Shown here in pieces: positions 28,449 to 37,743 of a stretch of 64,000 bases of DNA. Origin of the DNA: an uncultured Nitrospiraceae bacterium (GTDB lineage: Bacteria > Nitrospirota > Nitrospiria > Nitrospirales > Nitrospiraceae); assembly GCA_963706325.1 (NCBI GenBank), contig CAVPLT010000001.1, positions 64,001 through 128,000 of the forward strand, given 5' to 3'. Both the position numbers and the translations under genes were made by a program. Within the stretch, counting starts at the first letter, position 1. Each line of letters opens with the position of its first letter. Below the pieces are notes generated by a model. That model saw only the letters and a program-made list of their open reading frames with translations. It made no database searches and was not told where the DNA came from.

Positions 28449-29929
28449 GCGGGCACCTCGTCCGCCCCGACCGGCTCGTTCGCCACGCGATAGGCTGCCC
28501 GCAATTCTTCGGCTTCCTCCGTCACAATCGCGCAAGCGTCGGGACAGCGCGCTACCGCAAACTCCACAAATCGATCGATCTTTAGAAGGAAAAAGTCAAA
28601 GTCATCCTGTTCCAGTCTTGGCTTGTCGAACCAGAAGTGGATGAACTGGACGAGCGAAATATTCGCGGCGAGCAGCAGCGCACAGGTCCTCGGAAACATG
28701 TCCGTCAATTCGCCACCCCAATGCAGGAGCTCATGGGGAAGATAGCCGTCCCGATATCGATCAAGGTCCCCGAACGATCCGCCCAGCAATGAAAGTTCTG
28801 CGATCATCGGCATATGTTCAGGGGTTGTGACGAGTTCAACATAGGCTTGATACTGCCGATATAGCACCGCCCGTTCATCCGATGTCACGACAGTCTTTCT
28901 AGCTTGACCTGGCCCATATTCACACGTCTCCCGCTGTGGTAAGCCCTGGGTAGGGGTCTCTTCCAAACAACGCACTTTCGATTGAAACTGCTCAACAAAG
29001 CGGCGAAATTCGACAACAATCTCTTCAATGGACTTGTTATCGACTTCCAGGGCTACGCCTTTCAGTGACGTCAGCCGCGGATGGGATAACACCTGCGTTA
29101 ACAAATCGAACAAGACTTCTGGAATAGGAGCCCCATGGCTGTCAATCCAGTGCGGCAGCGCGGATCCATCCGCATGAACCTTGTGAATATGGCACCCGGT
29201 GAAAGCTGCCAGTCCGGCCACATGAATCTCAACCACCCGCTCCATCGGGAACGCATCCAAAAATTCGGCGACAAAGGCTTCCAGCGTTTGCCTTCGCCAC
29301 GCTTCCGTATAGCGATAGACGGTCCACAAGTGCCCCATATCCAGCACCAGGCCGCAAGCCACCTGCTTGGTCACGGCTTGAAAAAACGCGGGGATACCGA
29401 GAACGCCGCAGGCGAAATACGTCAGCGGCGGCATTTCCAGCAATACTAGTGTGCGAACGTTCGCAGATCGTCGCGCCTGCTTGTCGAGGTGTCCCTGCAC
29501 ATGCGCCAGATTCTCAGCCGTCATGCTGGCCGACAGGGCCGTATACAACGGCGGCAAGTAGGTTCCAAACGAGTATCCTGCCATGTGTTTGGTAGCACAT
29601 TCGTGATTCAGCCAAGCACTCCCCAGGGCGGCGATGTGCGCACAGGCTTCCGTCAGACCTTGTCGCCCTGAGCCGCTTTGGAGAAAATCCGGCTGCGTGA
29701 CCCAGAGTCCTTCGCCGTGGTAGGTCAGCTTGAGCGTGGGGAGTCGTCGTCGCACGCATTGCAGGGCGGAGGTCGTGGCTTTAAAGATCTCCAAGTATCC
29801 TGGTTGGAGCCCCTCCGCATAAAGCCTGTGAGCAAGGAGCATCACGTCCGGAGAATACACATCCACCGACAGTCCTAATCCATGCGGAATGATCTGATTC
29901 GCGCGTTGTATGAATTCGCTTTCCATCAA
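28445..29929 (-). CDS. DUF692 / multinuclear non-heme iron oxidative enzyme (MbnB/TglH/ChrH-like) with extra C-terminal domain
   Basis: GLGL start, YHGEG, LNHEC, LLEMP, GLVLDMGH, VEIHVAG, IDSHG, VALEVD in DUF692 order, then a ~170-aa C-terminal extension. Confidence 0.82.
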   Translation of the reverse strand: MMESEFIQRANQIIPHGLGLSVDVYSPDVMLLAHRLYAEGLQPGYLEIFKATTSALQCVRRRLPTLKLTYHGEGLWVTQPDFLQSGSGRQGLTEACAHIAALGSAWLNHECATKHMAGYSFGTYLPPLYTALSASMTAENLAHVQGHLDKQARRSANVRTLVLLEMPPLTYFACGVLGIPAFFQAVTKQVACGLVLDMGHLWTVYRYTEAWRRQTLEAFVAEFLDAFPMERVVEIHVAGLAAFTGCHIHKVHADGSALPHWIDSHGAPIPEVLFDLLTQVLSHPRLTSLKGVALEVDNKSIEEIVVEFRRFVEQFQSKVRCLEETPTQGLPQRETCEYGPGQARKTVVTSDERAVLYRQYQAYVELVTTPEHMPMIAELSLLGGSFGDLDRYRDGYLPHELLHWGGELTDMFPRTCALLLAANISLVQFIHFWFDKPRLEQDDFDFFLLKIDRFVEFAVARCPDACAIVTEEAEELRAAYRVANEPVGADEVPA

Positions 29930-30119
29930 GTCGCGTTTGGCTTATTTTGAAGCAACCATAGTCACTATACTTCTTGTGCAGTTTAAGCGCCTAACCTCTT
30001 GGTTGACAAGGGAAGATGGGGAAGCTGAACCACCACGTCGATCTGGTATACTTCCTTTCGACGTGGTGGTCGCCGGGTCAAAACGTCAGCCCCTCTCGTG
30101 GCGAGAAACAGGCTTAATC

Positions 30120-30896
30120 ATGACAAAGACCGGCTCTATGCTCCGCGACAAACCGTCTCATTACTCAACCCCTATGGTAGCTCACATGATGACACCCGGC
30201 GTCGTACAAGTTCCCGGGGATGTGTCCGTGAGCGAAGCTGCCCTGCTCCTCGATCGGGAGCAGATCCCCTGTCTCCTCGTCAAGGACAGCGACACCAGCT
30301 TCGGCATCATGACCTCCGGCGACATTGTCAAAAAAGTGGTGGCTCAGGGGCTGGAAGCGCACGATGTGGAAGTTCGGTCCATTATGTCGAAACCCGTCCA
30401 TTCGATAGAATGCGATCAGATCCTGGACGACGCGACGAGCGTGATGGCCTCCACAGGAGCCTCCCTCCTCATCGTGACGAAAGAAGGGCAGCCCGTGGGC
30501 ATTTTGACTGCGAGAGACCTTGCGCTGGCCCCGAAGCGATGCGAGACCTGCCTCCCAGCTACGCTACGTGTGACAAATGGTGAGGGCGAAGGGGCCAAGC
30601 ACACCGCCACAATTCGACAGCTCAGTCACGTCGGGGCTCTCATCGAAAGTCGTTCGCTGCTCCTCCCCGGTACGACCGTCGTCCTGTCCTTTATCCTTCC
30701 TGGAGTCGACTTGAGCTTCTCCGTGCGCGGCACCATCCTCAACAGTAGTTATGAGCCGGATCTTTCCGAAGACGGTGAATTAATCGGAAGCAATCCCGGC
30801 GTCGATATCCAATTCGCGCCCCTGTCCTCGTCAGACGAATCGAAAATTCGCGCCTGGGTGCTCCAAAATCTGCCACGAACCTCGGAACTCTCCTAA
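30120..30896 (+). CDS. CBS-pair plus PilZ-like domain protein
   Basis: Two CBS repeats (GIMTSGDIV, GILTARDL) followed by a beta-barrel with QLSHVGALI and GVDIQF. Confidence 0.82.
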   Translation: MTKTGSMLRDKPSHYSTPMVAHMMTPGVVQVPGDVSVSEAALLLDREQIPCLLVKDSDTSFGIMTSGDIVKKVVAQGLEAHDVEVRSIMSKPVHSIECDQILDDATSVMASTGASLLIVTKEGQPVGILTARDLALAPKRCETCLPATLRVTNGEGEGAKHTATIRQLSHVGALIESRSLLLPGTTVVLSFILPGVDLSFSVRGTILNSSYEPDLSEDGELIGSNPGVDIQFAPLSSSDESKIRAWVLQNLPRTSELS

Positions 30897-30993
30897 GATT
30901 CCTCCGATGGATCTTTGCTTAGCCGACGACAGCTTGTTATGATTTCCTTCTCAGACGATATGCGTCCGAGTACACCGTGTTGGGGAACCGCTG

Positions 30994-32049
30994 ATGAAAA
31001 GCCCTGCCGCTCGTTCAAAACCGACTCTGACCAAAGACGAAATTCTCACGCAACTCGGCACGTTGCTCGACCGTCCGGATGACGACATCCAGGCGGCGCT
31101 GATGAAAGAAATCCTTACCGGCGTGATCCGATTGTCGGATTCTCAGCTGGACGTGCTGGATCTGAAGATCGTCAATCGTGCTTTAAAAGAACTTCGTCAT
31201 GCCTTCAGAGTGTTTCAGGGGTATCGACATCGTCTCAAAATCAGTGTGTTTGGATCTGCCCGCACGCCCGCTGACGATCCCAACTACCAATTGGCATTTC
31301 AATTCGCCCGCCGGATGGTTGAGGAAGGCTATATGACCATTACCGGCGGAGCGGACGGCATCATGCGAGCCTCGCAGGAGGGCGCCGGACGGGAGCATAG
31401 TTTCGGAGTCAATATCATGCTGCCCTTCGAGCAGGGCGCCAACGCCGTTATCGCCGATGACCCCAAGCTCGTGACCTTCAAGTACTTCTTCACTCGCAAG
31501 CTCATGTTTCAAAAAGAATCACACGCCATTGCGCTGTTCCCCGGTGGATTCGGCACTCACGATGAAGGGTTTGAGATTCTCACCCTAGTGCAAACCGGCA
31601 AGAGCGACCCAAAACCGATCGTGTGCCTCCAGGCTCCTGGGTGCGACTATTGGAACCACTGGCATTCGTTTATCACCGAGCAATTACTGAAGCGGCGTTT
31701 GATCAACGCTGAAGATCTCTCTCTGTTTACCATCGTGGACAATGTGGAAGATGCCGTCACGGAAATCCGTTTATTTTACCAACGCTACCACTCACTCAGA
31801 TTTGTGGGGCGTCAACTCGCCATCAGGCTGAAAACCCCGCTGTCGGACGCGCAAGTCGCCGAGGTCCAGGAACAATTCGGCGACATGCTGACCGAGGGGA
31901 CCTACGAGCAACGGCCGTCGCTCCCCGAAGAAATAGATGAACCGGGGCTGAAAGATCTCGCGCGATTGATCTTCTCATTTAACCGACGTAATGCCGGTCG
32001 CCTCCGACAACTCATCAATCATCTCAACCGACTGCCTGCAACGCCGTAA
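30994..32049 (+). CDS. LOG-family nucleotide phosphoribohydrolase (long form)
   Basis: VFGSAR, TGGADGIM, YFFTRKLMF, FPGGFGTHDE. Confidence 0.9.
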   Translation: MKSPAARSKPTLTKDEILTQLGTLLDRPDDDIQAALMKEILTGVIRLSDSQLDVLDLKIVNRALKELRHAFRVFQGYRHRLKISVFGSARTPADDPNYQLAFQFARRMVEEGYMTITGGADGIMRASQEGAGREHSFGVNIMLPFEQGANAVIADDPKLVTFKYFFTRKLMFQKESHAIALFPGGFGTHDEGFEILTLVQTGKSDPKPIVCLQAPGCDYWNHWHSFITEQLLKRRLINAEDLSLFTIVDNVEDAVTEIRLFYQRYHSLRFVGRQLAIRLKTPLSDAQVAEVQEQFGDMLTEGTYEQRPSLPEEIDEPGLKDLARLIFSFNRRNAGRLRQLINHLNRLPATP

Positions 32050-32141
32050 CCCGACTTCCAGCATGCCTGATCTTCGCCGCCGGTATCTTGTCTGCGCAGA
32101 GATACTCCTTTAGTCTCCAGGGAGGGACATGCTAAGGTTGG

Positions 32142-33002
32142 ATGCTTATGAGCGCTGCCTCCATGCGAAGTCTCTCTGCTACCGCCCCCACGCTCGTCCT
32201 CTTTCACGCGGAATGTGCGGATGGTTTCGGTGCTGCCTGGGCCATTTGGCGGCGCTACCCGAATGCTCGCTATTACGCCGTGAAACACGGGGTGGCCCCA
32301 CCTCCTGACTTGGCCGGAGAACATATTGTCATCGTGGACTTCAGTTACGCACGGCCTATACTCGAAAACATTGCTCAGAGCGCAGCCAGTCTTGTCGTCC
32401 TGGATCATCACATCACCGCGGAACAGACGCTGGCCGACCTGCCTTACGCATATTTTGACCTCACAAAATCAGGCGCTGTGCTGGGATGGGAATGGGCTCA
32501 CGATGAGCCGGCGCCCTGGTTGTTGCGCTATATTCAGGACAAAGATTTGTGGCATTGGGCGCTACCGAACAGCCGTGAAATCAGTGCCGCCCTGGCATCG
32601 TACCCATTCGACTTTGCGCTCTGGAGCAGTTTTCAGCAGCAGGAATTGGAATGGGAAGGCCGCGCGATTCTCCGCTATGAGAACGAACTCGTCGCGAAAC
32701 TGGCTTCACACGCGACGATGGTGCAGTTTGAGGGTCTCATAATCCCCGCCGTTCACAGCCCGCTGCTCACCAGCCAGATCGGCGAACGACTTTCCAACGA
32801 CCACCCGTTTTGCCTCATCTGGCACGACCGCAATGGACGACGATACTACAGCATGCGCTCACGCGAGGATGGCGCCGACGTGGGTTCGATTGCCGCCTCC
32901 TTCGGCGGAGGAGGCCATACCCATGCCGCGGGATTCTCCATTCCGCTGCAAGCCGACGGAGCGCTCCCATCGAATCCTAGGCTCCCTCGACCAGCGCCGT
33001 AA
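32142..33002 (+). CDS. DHH/DHHA1 phosphoesterase
   Basis: HAECADG, VDFS, LDHH, GGGGHTHAAG. Confidence 0.88.
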   Translation: MLMSAASMRSLSATAPTLVLFHAECADGFGAAWAIWRRYPNARYYAVKHGVAPPPDLAGEHIVIVDFSYARPILENIAQSAASLVVLDHHITAEQTLADLPYAYFDLTKSGAVLGWEWAHDEPAPWLLRYIQDKDLWHWALPNSREISAALASYPFDFALWSSFQQQELEWEGRAILRYENELVAKLASHATMVQFEGLIIPAVHSPLLTSQIGERLSNDHPFCLIWHDRNGRRYYSMRSREDGADVGSIAASFGGGGHTHAAGFSIPLQADGALPSNPRLPRPAP

Positions 33003-33026
33003 CGGCTTTCGACGATAGGTGCAGCC

Positions 33027-33731
33027 ATGTTACCCCTCAATGACGATAACCCGATCGACAGTACGCCGGTGGTGACCATCACCTTCATCATTGCCTGCTG
33101 CATGGTTTTTTTGTATCAAAGCTCTCTCCTCTTGAGCCGCGGAGAAATCTTCGTCTACCAATATGGAGCCATTCCGGCTGTGCTGTTCGGACAAGCGGCT
33201 CTCCCGCCTGAAGTCATGGCGATCCCCGCCGTGGCTACGGTGCTGACAAGCATGTTTCTGCACGGTAGCTGGATGCATCTCATCGGCAACATGTTGTATC
33301 TCTGGATCTTCGGGAACAACATCGAAGACGTGATGGGATCAGTGAAGTTTGTCATGTTCTATCTGCTGTGTGGCGCCATCGCCGCCTTCAGTCATGCCCT
33401 TACCGATCCCATATCCACAGTCCCGATGGTCGGCGCGAGCGGTGCGATTTCGGGTGTGCTTGGCGCCTATTTGCTGCTGTTTCCCCATGCCCGTGTCTTA
33501 CTGTTCGCTCCATTAATCGGGACGACCTATGTGCCGGCCGGCATCGTGCTGGGCTTTTGGTTCGTCATGCAGATCTTGAGCGGCGGAGCGAGTCTCGGAT
33601 CGCAAGGAGGAGGAGTGGCCTTCTTCGCGCACATCGGAGGGTTTGTCGCGGGGATGATCCTGATCGGATTTTTCAAACGACCAGACGTGAGGTATTTCGC
33701 GCCTGCGCGCACCTCATCTTGGCACTCCTAA
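33027..33731 (+). CDS. Rhomboid intramembrane serine protease
   Basis: SMFLHGSWMHLIGNM, VGASGA, AHIGG. Confidence 0.93.
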   Translation: MLPLNDDNPIDSTPVVTITFIIACCMVFLYQSSLLLSRGEIFVYQYGAIPAVLFGQAALPPEVMAIPAVATVLTSMFLHGSWMHLIGNMLYLWIFGNNIEDVMGSVKFVMFYLLCGAIAAFSHALTDPISTVPMVGASGAISGVLGAYLLLFPHARVLLFAPLIGTTYVPAGIVLGFWFVMQILSGGASLGSQGGGVAFFAHIGGFVAGMILIGFFKRPDVRYFAPARTSSWHS

Positions 33732-33746
33732 CGTCTTACAGGCCTC

Positions 33747-35609
33747 TCACACATCCAACAATTCCCGGATCTTGCCCGCCAAGTCGTGCTGTCGATAGGG
33801 TTGCTGCAGGAAGTACTTCTTATTGACCCGATGACTCGCAATCGTCTCGTCCGAGAATCCTGACACGAACAAGGCCTTCATCTTCGGGTGCCGGAGTACG
33901 AGTCGCTTGGCCAAGTCCCGTCCGCTGATCTCGGGCATCGAGAGATGGCTCACGGTGAGATGAATGGGCCCTGCATGCTGCTGCGCCACCAACAATGCTT
34001 CCACAGCAGACCCCGCCTCCAAGACATGATAGCGATGACGGCGCAGCGTCGAGAGCGCGAGCTTCCTGGCAACTTCGTCCTCTTCCACAAGCAATACCGT
34101 CTCAGCCCCTTTCGACAATGCCTCGCTCACCACCGTCGTGTCTCGCACTGCGCCAATTCGGTCGACCTGCGGGAAATAGACGCGCACCCTCGTGCCTACC
34201 CCTGGCTGACTCTGCACCTCAACCATCCCGCCGAATTGCCTGACGATCCCATAGACCAGCGTCAGCCCCAGGCCTGTATGGGTCTCCTTCGTCGAGAAAA
34301 ACGGCTCAAACATTTGTGATTGGACATCCACGTTCATCCCGCGACCGCTATCGCTTACCGCCATCCTCGCCATGTGCTTTCGAGGATTCTTTTCCTGTTG
34401 CTCTAACGGTAGTGCCTCGCCGGTGACTACGTGAACCGCAATATGCACACGACCCCCTTCGGGCATCGCGTCCCGCGCATTTGCAACCAGATGCATCAGC
34501 ACCTGCTCCAAACGATCGTGACCGATCTCCACCAATGCCGGCGTCGCCTCGCTCTCCACCTGTAAGTCGATCTGAGGGGGAAGCAAGCTGCGAAGCGTTT
34601 CTCGCATCGCTTCAATGGACGGACCGAGTGACAGGGTATCGCGAATCGTCGTCTCATGCACCCGCAACGCCAGGAGTTGCGCCGTCAGCGTCGCCGCCCG
34701 TTCTCCGCTGCGGAAAATCTCGTCTACCGCAAGCTGCAGAGGATCGTTCGGCTTCAGCTTGGACAGGATCACGCCGGTTTCCTTCCCGATAACAGCCAGC
34801 ACTTGGTTGAATTCATGCGCAATCCTTGAAGCCAAGCGCCCGACAGCCTCGAATTTCTGGGCTTCTCGCAATTGACGCTCAAGTCCCGTTCGCTCCACCA
34901 TGCCCTGACGGATTTCCTGATTCGCGCGCGAAAGCCCTTGTTTCAACCCTTGGACTTTAGTTTCGAGTTGGGTCCGGCGCTCCTCGAGCGCCTGTTCAGA
35001 CTGTTTCAATCCCTGCACATTTTCTTCTAAAGAACGATTGCGGCGGCGTTCCGTGGCGACAGTCTCCAGCGTCAACCCATAAAACACCGCCATGATCAGC
35101 AATACCGGGATACCCAGTAGATGCCCGACGGACAAGGTTCCCGCCTGCATGGCATGTTCGTACACCAACACACCATAGCCGGCGCAGATCACCAGCGAGA
35201 GGCCGAGCAACTGTTTGAGTGAAGGAACGGAGGAGGCAATCAATACGAGGAGGAAATAGGTCACATACAATTCAGAGCTGGCGTTCCCCGAAAGATAAAT
35301 CGTCCCTGTGACCAACACCGTGTTGATGCTAATGAGCGCGCCTGGAAACCACTTGCGATCGAGAAGTTGGCGTGGCAAAAGCATGATCCCGCAACTGATC
35401 AAGAGCAGGCCGACCGCCACCATTCGGCTCACAACATGCCCGAATATGGTCTCGTCACTGACCACGAGTTCGTAACATAGAATCCCGACGACGAGACTCT
35501 GCAGAAATATGGTGCGCGATCGAGGATGATTTAGGAACCGGCCCACCCCTCGCCTGCTTGAGTGCCGCCCGGTTTGGTCGAGATCTGAAGATGAAGGCGA
35601 AATGTGCAC
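33747..35609 (-). CDS. Membrane hybrid histidine kinase with C-terminal pseudo-receiver domain
   Basis: TM bundle, coiled coil, AHEFNQ H-box, NARDAM, DSGRGM, FEPFFSTK; receiver reads LTVSHLSMP. GTG 35609 follows AGGAG (the ORF track starts at 35687). Confidence 0.87.
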   Translation of the reverse strand: MHISPSSSDLDQTGRHSSRRGVGRFLNHPRSRTIFLQSLVVGILCYELVVSDETIFGHVVSRMVAVGLLLISCGIMLLPRQLLDRKWFPGALISINTVLVTGTIYLSGNASSELYVTYFLLVLIASSVPSLKQLLGLSLVICAGYGVLVYEHAMQAGTLSVGHLLGIPVLLIMAVFYGLTLETVATERRRNRSLEENVQGLKQSEQALEERRTQLETKVQGLKQGLSRANQEIRQGMVERTGLERQLREAQKFEAVGRLASRIAHEFNQVLAVIGKETGVILSKLKPNDPLQLAVDEIFRSGERAATLTAQLLALRVHETTIRDTLSLGPSIEAMRETLRSLLPPQIDLQVESEATPALVEIGHDRLEQVLMHLVANARDAMPEGGRVHIAVHVVTGEALPLEQQEKNPRKHMARMAVSDSGRGMNVDVQSQMFEPFFSTKETHTGLGLTLVYGIVRQFGGMVEVQSQPGVGTRVRVYFPQVDRIGAVRDTTVVSEALSKGAETVLLVEEDEVARKLALSTLRRHRYHVLEAGSAVEALLVAQQHAGPIHLTVSHLSMPEISGRDLAKRLVLRHPKMKALFVSGFSDETIASHRVNKKYFLQQPYRQHDLAGKIRELLDV

Positions 35610-35852
35610 CACCGCTCCTGCCTTATGACTGATGGAGAGACCAGGCCTGAAGTCAGCAATTTTTGTACCTTCTCCAGTGTGCGCCAAGTCATCGCATTAT
35701 CACGCGTGCCTACAAACTGCGGTCCCGCGAGGCACCACAACGCTCACAGCCCCTCACAAAAATGAACGGCTCCCACATACGACTCCGCCAAGAGACGCGA
35801 ATGGAGAAGACCGCGAGCGGCAAAGAGCAAATATGGTATGGGGGCTATTCCC

Positions 35853-37019
35853 TTACGGATGCAGCAGGGGGTAGCGCGATCGGAAGGCGGTTGCTTTCGC
35901 GAGGGCCTCAGCGCCGGTCGAGGCAAGAAATGTGATATGACCCATTTTTCGTTTTGATCGGGTGACTCGCTTGCCATACAGGTGGAGTACTGCGCCAGGC
36001 TCGCGCAGCAGATCTTGCGCGGCCGGTGATGTGGTGACGAGTGCTACGTCATCGCCGATTAGGTTGAGCATGACGGCGGCACTGAGCAACCGCACTTCCC
36101 CTAGGGGCTGACCACACAAAGCCCGCACCTGCTGTTCGAATTGAGATACCGTACAGGCATCCAATGAATAGTGGCCAGAATTATGAGGCCGGGGCGCCAC
36201 CTCATTGATCAGCAGCCGGCCATCTCTCATCACAAATAGTTCGACGCAGAAGACTCCCACTCCATCCAATGCCTTCACCGCCCGTCGAGCCATCGCCGCA
36301 GCCTGTTCTGCGATAGTTGTCGGCACATCCGCCGGCACTGTCGATTGGCGCAGTATCCCGTCCTCATGAATGTTTTCGACGACTGGATAGGTTCGCATCG
36401 CTCCGTCGGCGCCTCGAACGACCAGAATGGACACCTCGCGTCCGAAAGAAAGGTATTCTTCAAGAATCCAGCGCAAACCCGGCCTCATTGCGCGAATGAG
36501 GTCCAGCTGCACCGCGGCGCAATCCTCCGCGCGATCAATTTTCCATTGGCCTTTCCCGTCATACCCTGCAGTGGAGGTCTTGCAGATCAGGGGGTAGTGG
36601 AGGGCAGTTTGTCGGCTGAGCTCCTCCGGTAACGAGATGCCATAAAATGCCGGCACCGTCAGCCCATGACTCTGCAGAAATGTTTTTTGCTCGATCCGAT
36701 CTTGGATCACGCGCAAGACGTGACTCGACGGTCGAAGCGGGACCGAGCGCTCCAACTGTTCACAGAGCTCGCTCGGCACATTCTCCCACTCATATGTGAC
36801 GGCGCGAACACGCTGCAGGAAATCGTGGCGGGCCGCCACGTCTGAGAATGGCTCCAGCAGCGAGTAATCCGCCAGTCGATGGGCAGGCGCGTCGGCATCG
36901 GGATCCCACACCGCAATCTCATATCCCATGCGCCGGGCTGCGGCGGCGAACATGGCGCCCAGTTGCCCTCCTCCGAGGACACCCAGGGTCGCTCCGGACT
37001 CGATGACCGGCAGGCTCAC
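35853..37019 (-). CDS. purK: N5-carboxyaminoimidazole ribonucleotide synthase
   Basis: [32 protein letters not shown]. Confidence 0.96.
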   Translation of the reverse strand: MSLPVIESGATLGVLGGGQLGAMFAAAARRMGYEIAVWDPDADAPAHRLADYSLLEPFSDVAARHDFLQRVRAVTYEWENVPSELCEQLERSVPLRPSSHVLRVIQDRIEQKTFLQSHGLTVPAFYGISLPEELSRQTALHYPLICKTSTAGYDGKGQWKIDRAEDCAAVQLDLIRAMRPGLRWILEEYLSFGREVSILVVRGADGAMRTYPVVENIHEDGILRQSTVPADVPTTIAEQAAAMARRAVKALDGVGVFCVELFVMRDGRLLINEVAPRPHNSGHYSLDACTVSQFEQQVRALCGQPLGEVRLLSAAVMLNLIGDDVALVTTSPAAQDLLREPGAVLHLYGKRVTRSKRKMGHITFLASTGAEALAKATAFRSRYPLLHP

Positions 37020-37570
37020 GATCGACGGCTCGGCTTCGGATTTCGTGTCGTCACAAAGGCCGGAGACAAACGGGCGTCATCTTGTGAATCCAGCACCGAC
37101 TGCGTTTGGGAGGCACGGAACTGCTCCACGCGCTGTCGAATCTTCGCCGACCGCAATCCAAGGATCTGCGCGGCAAGGAGGGCGGCATTTTCTGCGCCGC
37201 CGATGGCGACGGTCGCAACCGGAATGCCTCGAGGCATTTGCACGATCGACAGTAATGAGTCCAATCCACGGAGGTTTTCAGTAGGAATTGGAACCCCGAT
37301 CACGGGCAGGGAGGTCTTCGCGGCCAACATTCCGGGCAGATGAGCCGCGCCTCCCGCTCCGCCGATAATGACCTGAATACCTCGCTCCGATGCCTGTTCC
37401 GCATATGCAAAGAGGCGATCTGGAGTTCGATGGGCGGAGACCACCAGCAATTCGTTGGGAATCCCTAGCTGATTCAGCATGGCGACGGCCTTCTCGAGGA
37501 TGGGGAAATCCGACGTGCTCCCACCTAGCACACCCACCAAGGGCCGGACCGCTGTATTGTTGTTGGCCAT
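37016..37570 (-). CDS. purE: N5-CAIR mutase
   Basis: [33 protein letters not shown] 37570. Confidence 0.96.
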   Translation of the reverse strand: MANNNTAVRPLVGVLGGSTSDFPILEKAVAMLNQLGIPNELLVVSAHRTPDRLFAYAEQASERGIQVIIGGAGGAAHLPGMLAAKTSLPVIGVPIPTENLRGLDSLLSIVQMPRGIPVATVAIGGAENAALLAAQILGLRSAKIRQRVEQFRASQTQSVLDSQDDARLSPAFVTTRNPKPSRRS

Positions 37571-37670
37571 ACGCGGCCCTACCTTTCTAAAAAACATTTG
37601 GAACGGGGCAAACCTTAGCCGTTCTCTTGCAGAAGGGTCAAGCGCTCCACCGGAGAAAGCCATCATTGAA

Positions 37671-37700
37671 TTGACCAAGTCCTCAATAATCCTCTATGAT
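37671..37700 (+). promoter_or_regulatory. Putative sigma70 promoter for the exporter operon
   Basis: TTGACC-N18-TATGAT. It overlaps the ORF-track ATG, which favours the GTG start at 37744. Confidence 0.5.
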
Positions 37701-37743
37701 AAACATCACTTTCGTAGAGTCGGCTGTGCTCGGAGGGGGAGAC

